Shown here one piece after another: positions 37,121 to 42,183 of a stretch of DNA of 42,183 bases (its first letter is position 1; each line of letters begins with the position of its first letter). The stretch is from Bacteroidota bacterium (GTDB taxonomy: Bacteria; Bacteroidota; Bacteroidia; Bacteroidales; FEN-979), in contig JAUZOW010000003.1 in the NCBI GenBank assembly GCA_030706225.1, forward strand, positions 1 to 42,183, in the 5' to 3' direction. The notes under the pieces are model-generated. The model had not been told where the DNA came from, did not search any database, and saw only the letters and a program-made list of their open reading frames with translations. The translations under genes and the position numbers were made by a program.

Positions 37121-37834
37121 ATGGATATTCTGCAGAACATGCTGGATTCTACGCAAGTTCCAATACTCTCTGCGTTTATTCTTGGGATTATGACTGCAAT
37201 CAGCCCATGTCCTCTGGCCACTAACATTACGGCTACTGCTTACATCAGTAAGGAAATTGAGAACAAAAGAGTAGTGTTCCTCAACGGATTAATTTATACA
37301 GTTGGCAGGGCTTTCAGCTACACTGCACTGGGATTTATCTTATTCCTTGGAGCAAGCAAGTTCCATATCGCCAGGTTCCTCCAATCAAATGGAGAGAAAT
37401 ACATAGGAATTCTCTTATTTATCATTGGAATTCTGATGCTGGATTTTATCAATTTTGGAAAATTTTCTTTGGATAATCTGACGGATAATCTTATCCGGAA
37501 ACTGAAACTGAGCAGTTTTTGGGGTTCGTTTTTCCTGGGATGTATCTTCGCTTTGGCATTTTGCCCGTACAGCGGAGTACTTTATTTTGGGATGTTGATC
37601 CCCCTGACGCTGACCAGTAAATTCGGCATTCTGTTACCTGCGGTTTTCGCTGTCGCTACAGGATTACCCGTTGTCATTATCGCTTATATCATTGCATTCA
37701 GCGTTTCTTCTGTAGGGAACTTTTACAACCGGATAAAGGTTTTTGAATTATGGTTCAGGAGAATTGTCGCCGGAATATTCATTCTTGGCGGAATTTATTT
37801 CATTCTTATCTATTTTGTAAAGCTGCCTGTTTAA
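37121..37834 (+). CDS. ArsG-family (DsbD/CcdA-like) membrane protein, putative organoarsenical efflux permease
   Basis: AISPCPLATNI and ALAFCPYSG motifs; multiple TM helices. Confidence 0.8.
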   Translation: MDILQNMLDSTQVPILSAFILGIMTAISPCPLATNITATAYISKEIENKRVVFLNGLIYTVGRAFSYTALGFILFLGASKFHIARFLQSNGEKYIGILLFIIGILMLDFINFGKFSLDNLTDNLIRKLKLSSFWGSFFLGCIFALAFCPYSGVLYFGMLIPLTLTSKFGILLPAVFAVATGLPVVIIAYIIAFSVSSVGNFYNRIKVFELWFRRIVAGIFILGGIYFILIYFVKLPV

Positions 37835-37844
37835 AATTTAAAAT

Positions 37845-38009
37845 ATGTCTGAATTCTTCAATAATTGTCGTCTGAAAATCGAAGGTATCCCATATCCTCT
37901 TCCCGGGGAAGTGCCTGAATTGTTGAAAAAAGGGGCTATTATTGTGGATCTCCGTGAAGAAGTCGAAACAGAGATACGGGCATTTGGCATCGAAAAAATA
38001 AAATATTAA
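37845..38009 (+). pseudogene. Truncated rhodanese-like gene remnant (54 aa)
   Basis: MSEFFNNCRLKIEGIPYPLPGEVPELLKKGAIIVDLREEVETEIRAFGIEKIKY*. GAIIVDLRE matches the rhodanese N-terminal strand; the catalytic half is absent. Confidence 0.55.
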
Positions 38010-38030
38010 TCTGATAAAAAATAATGAGTC

Positions 38031-38837
38031 ATGAAAATTCGAAAGAAAGACATCAAAGAAATTGTCAAAGAAAAATATAGCCGGATAGCACAACAAACCA
38101 AAAAAGAGAATGAGACCTCCTGTTGTGGTTCGGGTGGTTGCTGTGAGGTTGACTATACAATTTTCAGTGAAAATTATGAAAAGATTAAGGGATATAATCC
38201 CGACGCTGACCTTGGGCTAGGATGTGGAATACCTACCCAGTTTGCCGGGATTAAAAAAGGAGATACCGTACTGGATCTGGGTTCCGGAGCCGGAAATGAT
38301 TGCTTTATAGCTCGTGCCATTGTTGGTGAAACCGGGAAAGTTATGGGGCTGGATTTCAGTGAGACCATGCTGGAAAAGGCAAGAGAAAACGTAAAAAAAC
38401 TTGGTTTTACCAATGTTGAATTCGTAAAAGGAGACATTGAAGAAATGCCGGTACCTTCTGATGCTATAGATGTAGTGGTAAGCAATTGTGTTCTCAATCT
38501 TGTTCCGGACAAGAAAAAAGCTTTTTCGGAAATTTACCGTGTATTGAAAAAGAATGGCCGGTTCAGCATTTCCGATGTGGTAATAAAGGGAATATTGCCC
38601 AGAGGTTTGAAGGATGATGCGGTCATGTATGCCGGTTGTGTATCCGGTGCCATTCCAAAGGAAGAATATATTGAAATCATTCGCCAATCGGGATTTAAAA
38701 GTGCAATCGTAAATAAAGAAAAAGAAATTGATCTGCCTGAAGAGCTATTACGGAAGTACCTTAATGAAAGTGAGATGAGCGAGTTTAAGAACAAGAGTAC
38801 CGGGATTTTCAGCATAACAGTAACTGCAAGTAAATAA
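38031..38837 (+). CDS. arsM: Arsenite S-adenosylmethionine methyltransferase
   Basis: N-terminal SCCGSGGCC, LGLGCG, VLDLGSGAGND SAM motif, and SNCVLNL and GCVSGA conserved cysteines. Confidence 0.9.
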   Translation: MKIRKKDIKEIVKEKYSRIAQQTKKENETSCCGSGGCCEVDYTIFSENYEKIKGYNPDADLGLGCGIPTQFAGIKKGDTVLDLGSGAGNDCFIARAIVGETGKVMGLDFSETMLEKARENVKKLGFTNVEFVKGDIEEMPVPSDAIDVVVSNCVLNLVPDKKKAFSEIYRVLKKNGRFSISDVVIKGILPRGLKDDAVMYAGCVSGAIPKEEYIEIIRQSGFKSAIVNKEKEIDLPEELLRKYLNESEMSEFKNKSTGIFSITVTASK

Positions 38838-38878
38838 GGTTTAAAAAGAAATATTTTTCTAATGAAATGATCTGAACA

Positions 38879-39577
38879 ATGAAAAGCAAAACAGGTTGTC
38901 TGATTTGTGGGGAAGAACTGGTTTACCAGACGGATTACAAAACAATGGAGTGCTATTATTGTAAAAAGACTTTTCAGTCAAATGTCAGCTGTATTAACAA
39001 CCATTTCGTATGCGACCATTGTCATGCTCAGTCAGGGATGGATTTAATAGAAACGTATTGTCTGAATTCAAAATCAGTAAATCCGGCTGATATGGCGACA
39101 GAAATCATGCATAGTGATAAAATAAGTATGCATGGTCCCGAACATCATTTCCTGGTTCCGGCAGTTCTGATATCTGCTTATTGTAATGCGACCGGTGATG
39201 ATACCAGGCTGGAAAAACTCAGGATCGCAAGAAAACGGGCGGAAAAGATACCGGGTGGATTTTGCGGTACTCATGGAAACTGTGGAGCCGGAGTTGGAAC
39301 AGGGATTTTTATCAGCATTATCACGAAATCTACTCCTCTTTCCAAAGAAGAATGGAGACTGAGTAACCTTATCACGGGAAGAAGCCTGATTTCCATTGCC
39401 AATCATGGAGGTCCCCGGTGCTGTAAAAGGGATGTATATCTTGCATTGGAAGAAGCTGTCAGATTCGTAAAAGAGAAATTCAATGTCGGATTAGAGTCTT
39501 CAAAGATCCATTGCCGGTTTTCAAAATTTAACAAGGAATGTTTGAAGGAAGAGTGTTTATTCTTTGCCGGATGCTAG
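38879..39577 (+). CDS. Cys-rich DUF5714-like protein
   Basis: N-terminal CxxC clusters, MHGPEHHFLVPA, PGGFCG..GNCGA and GGPRCCKR. Confidence 0.75.
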   Translation: MKSKTGCLICGEELVYQTDYKTMECYYCKKTFQSNVSCINNHFVCDHCHAQSGMDLIETYCLNSKSVNPADMATEIMHSDKISMHGPEHHFLVPAVLISAYCNATGDDTRLEKLRIARKRAEKIPGGFCGTHGNCGAGVGTGIFISIITKSTPLSKEEWRLSNLITGRSLISIANHGGPRCCKRDVYLALEEAVRFVKEKFNVGLESSKIHCRFSKFNKECLKEECLFFAGC

Positions 39578-39645
39578 AGTCTTAATAAAAATCGTAAATC
39601 GATGATTATATTTACATCTTCAAACGATATAGAAATATTTTAACT

Positions 39646-41010
39646 ATGACAACAATTACTGAAGCCCAACGAGCCTTTTTTAACACCAACCAGACCAAGA
39701 GTATTGAATTCAGAATAAATCAATTAAAAAAACTGAAATCGGTTTTACAGGAGAATGAACAAAAGCTTAACAAGGCCATTGAGGAGGATTTCAGTAAATC
39801 GGCATTTGATAATTATTCCTGCGAGTTGGGCCTTTTGTATATGGAAATAGATGAAGCCATAAAAAAGATAAGGAAGTGGGCTGAATTTAAAAGAGTAAGG
39901 ACCAACCTGGTCAATTTCCCTGCAAAGAGTTATATCATCCCTGAACCCCTGGGCGTTTCATTGATCATAGGGGCCTGGAATTATCCGTATCAATTATCGG
40001 TTGGCCCGGCCATTGCCGCGATTGCAGCCGGAAACACCGTGGTTTTAAAGCCCAGTGAATTGCCAGTACATACGAGCAAAATCCTGGCGGAAATTATCAA
40101 CCGGAACTTCGATCCATCCTTTTTTAAGGTAGTTGAAGGCGGCGTATCTGAAACCGAAGGATTGCTTAAGCAACGGTTTGACAAGATTTTCTTTACTGGC
40201 AGTGTTAACGTTGGTCGTATCGTGTATGAAGCGGCTGCAAAGCATTTGACCCCGGTAACCCTGGAAATGGGAGGGAAGAGCCCTGCTTTTATTCTGGATG
40301 ACAGGAACATGGAGATGTATGTGAAACGTCTGATGTGGGCTAAGTTTCTGAATGCCGGGCAAACCTGTATTGCTCCCGACTATGTCCTGGTTCATCAGTC
40401 CTTAAAACAAAAATTTCTTGACCTGGCTGTTGCAGAGATCAAAAGAGAAAAATACTCCATTGAAAATCAGAATTATGTTCAGATCATCAATGAGAAAAAC
40501 ATGAACCGGATCCGGAAGATGATCGATGGAGCTCAGGTTGTTTGCGGCGGCTCTTTCGATTTGCAGAAAAGGATCATCGAACCTACACTTCTCGAGAATA
40601 TTGGTTTCGACGATCCCATAATGAAGGAAGAGATCTTCGGACCTGTGTTACCGGTCATTTCTTTTAATTTGCTGGATGATGTCATTACAGAAGTGAAAAA
40701 GCGGGAAAAACCCCTTTCCTGTTATGTATTCACACAAAACAAACGGATAAAAGATAAAATCCTCCATGAGATCTCTTTCGGCGGAGGTGCAGTGAATGAT
40801 GCCGTGATGCACATTTCCAATAACAAACTGCCTTTTGGAGGGGTTGGCGAAAGCGGGATCGGCTCTTATCACGGAGAGTACGGTTTCAAAGCTTTTTCGC
40901 ACTATAAAAGCATTTTAGAAAAACCAACCTGGTTTGAATCCGGTTTGAAGTACTTTCCTCACAATGCCCAAAAACTGAAAATTATGAAGTGGATGTTAGG
41001 GCTAAGGTAA
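39646..41010 (+). CDS. Aldehyde dehydrogenase (class 3 / fatty aldehyde type)
   Basis: WNYP, LKPSE, FTGS, LEMGGKSP, GQTCIAPDY, EEIFGP and PFGGVG. Confidence 0.93.
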   Translation: MTTITEAQRAFFNTNQTKSIEFRINQLKKLKSVLQENEQKLNKAIEEDFSKSAFDNYSCELGLLYMEIDEAIKKIRKWAEFKRVRTNLVNFPAKSYIIPEPLGVSLIIGAWNYPYQLSVGPAIAAIAAGNTVVLKPSELPVHTSKILAEIINRNFDPSFFKVVEGGVSETEGLLKQRFDKIFFTGSVNVGRIVYEAAAKHLTPVTLEMGGKSPAFILDDRNMEMYVKRLMWAKFLNAGQTCIAPDYVLVHQSLKQKFLDLAVAEIKREKYSIENQNYVQIINEKNMNRIRKMIDGAQVVCGGSFDLQKRIIEPTLLENIGFDDPIMKEEIFGPVLPVISFNLLDDVITEVKKREKPLSCYVFTQNKRIKDKILHEISFGGGAVNDAVMHISNNKLPFGGVGESGIGSYHGEYGFKAFSHYKSILEKPTWFESGLKYFPHNAQKLKIMKWMLGLR

Positions 41011-41032
41011 ACGATTTCTGTAACCCCATCCC

Positions 41033-41055
41033 GTCATTTCGAGCGAAGGGAGAAA
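41033..41055. repeat. REP-like palindromic element (GTCATTTCGAGCGAAGGGAGAAA)
   Basis: Resembles the GTCATTTCGAGCG...GAGAAATCT class of intergenic repeats I recall from Bacteroidota. Only one copy is present here. Confidence 0.35.
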
Positions 41056-41106
41056 ACTCAAACAAAAAAAGTAACTTTGATATAACATAATAAGATATGG
41101 AACATT

Positions 41107-42120
41107 ATGAAAGAAGAACAAAAAGGGGAGATCCTGATATACCAGTCGGAAGAAGGCAGCACTAAAATTGAGGTGCGCCTCCAAAATGAAAATATTTGGC
41201 TGTCACAACAGCAAATGTCGGAGCTTTATCAATCATCCAGAACCAATGTGGTTGAGCACATCAAACACATTTACGAAGAGGGTGAATTAGAAGAAAGCCC
41301 AACCTGTCGGAATTTCCGACAGGTTCAGATGGAGGGTAGCCGTAGTGTGGAAAGAGAAATTCCCTTCTATAACCTCGATATGATAATATCCCTTGGGTAT
41401 CGAATCAAATCGAATATTGCCACAAAATTTCGAATCTGGGCCACCGAACGCATAAAAGAATACATTGTAAAAGGTTTTACAATGGACGATGAACGCCTTA
41501 AACAAATAGGTGGTGGCGGCTACTGGTACGAGTTGCTTAACCGTATCCGCGATATACGTTCGTCAGAAAAGGTCTTATACCGACAAGTACTCGATTTATA
41601 TGCTACCAGCGTGGATTATGATCCTAACACACCCGAATCGCTTGAATTCTTTAAAATAGTACAAAATAAGCTGCATTATGCTGCACACAGTCATACCGCA
41701 GCCGAAGTCATATACCAGCGGGCCGATAGCGACAAACCATTTATGGGGCTAACTGTTTTTCCGGGCGAACAACCCACTTCAAAAGATGTTACGGTTGCTA
41801 AAAATTATTTAAACGCCAATGAGTTGAAAATCCTGAATAATTTGGTGTCCGGATATTTCGACTTCGCTGAAATTCAGGCCATGAAACGCAAGCCAATGTA
41901 TATGAGCGATTACATTAAACAATTGGATAATATTCTGTCGTCCACAGGCGAAAAGCTATTACCCAATGCCGGAAGCGTAAGCCATGAACAGGCTCTGGCT
42001 AAAGCTAAGGCTGAATTTAAAAAATACCAGGCTAAAACGCTATCGCCGGTCGAAAAGGACTACTTGAAAAGCATAAAATTATTACAGAAAAAGATCGGCA
42101 AGAAAGGAAGCAAGAAATGA
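41107..42120 (+). CDS. RhuM family (virulence RhuM-like DNA-binding) protein
   Basis: IWLSQQQMSELY, YNLDMIISLGYRIKS, FRIWAT, RIRDIRSSEK, VQNKLHYA and AKNYL. Preceded by a TAACTTTG -7 element (41072-41079). Confidence 0.88.
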   Translation: MKEEQKGEILIYQSEEGSTKIEVRLQNENIWLSQQQMSELYQSSRTNVVEHIKHIYEEGELEESPTCRNFRQVQMEGSRSVEREIPFYNLDMIISLGYRIKSNIATKFRIWATERIKEYIVKGFTMDDERLKQIGGGGYWYELLNRIRDIRSSEKVLYRQVLDLYATSVDYDPNTPESLEFFKIVQNKLHYAAHSHTAAEVIYQRADSDKPFMGLTVFPGEQPTSKDVTVAKNYLNANELKILNNLVSGYFDFAEIQAMKRKPMYMSDYIKQLDNILSSTGEKLLPNAGSVSHEQALAKAKAEFKKYQAKTLSPVEKDYLKSIKLLQKKIGKKGSKK

Positions 42121-42183
42121 TCAAAATAGAAATTCATCGAAACTGGACGATTATTAAGATGGTCTTTTGAACTACTCATTCCA

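Noticed and set aside
1662-41505. Numerous 60-210 aa ORFs nested in or antisense to the called genes
   Set aside because: They fully overlap well-supported CDSs and lack recognisable motifs, so they are treated as shadow ORFs.
42117-42170. Short ORF overlapping the RhuM stop (MIKIEIHRNWTIIKMVF)
   Set aside because: Only 17 codons with no recognisable motif.

Overview
This 42 kb window is chromosomal DNA from a Bacteroidota organism, probably Bacteroidales-like. That assignment is inferred from T9SS C-terminal domains, TAnnTTTG -7 promoter elements and Bacteroidota-type TPR-LuxR and LytTR regulators. From left to right it holds: a partial ABC ATPase divergent from a Crp/Fnr-Rrf2 pair; a DMT-family protein; an acyl-CoA ligase; three T9SS-secreted Ig/PKD-repeat proteins; an MFS gene with an internal deletion; a TPR-LuxR membrane sensor; three orphan LytTR response regulators; aqpZ; an AsmA-like protein; a MacAB-type ABC efflux operon in which one permease has an in-frame TGA; an extended SDR; an alpha/beta hydrolase; a GH31 enzyme; a zinc-ribbon protein; an S41 protease; SOD; an arsR-arsE-arsF-arsG-(rhodanese remnant)-arsM-DUF5714 organoarsenic cluster; an ALDH; and a RhuM-family gene. 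The most notable signal is a roughly 100-115 nt structured non-coding element present in two diverged copies (11998-12111 on +, 17030-17130 on -). Both copies share nested stems and the sequence blocks ATCTCTGCC / CTCTTCCA / GTCCCGG / GGTTC / GGGGAGG / CCGGGRC / GGCAGAGAT, and each sits directly 5' of an orphan LytTR gene. Copy 1 also has a LytTR-type 21-bp direct repeat, a -7 promoter element and a terminator, and its neighbouring LytTR has Asn in place of the phospho-acceptor Asp. This is a candidate undescribed sRNA-LytTR regulatory module. No database searches could be run, so all family calls rest on motif recognition.
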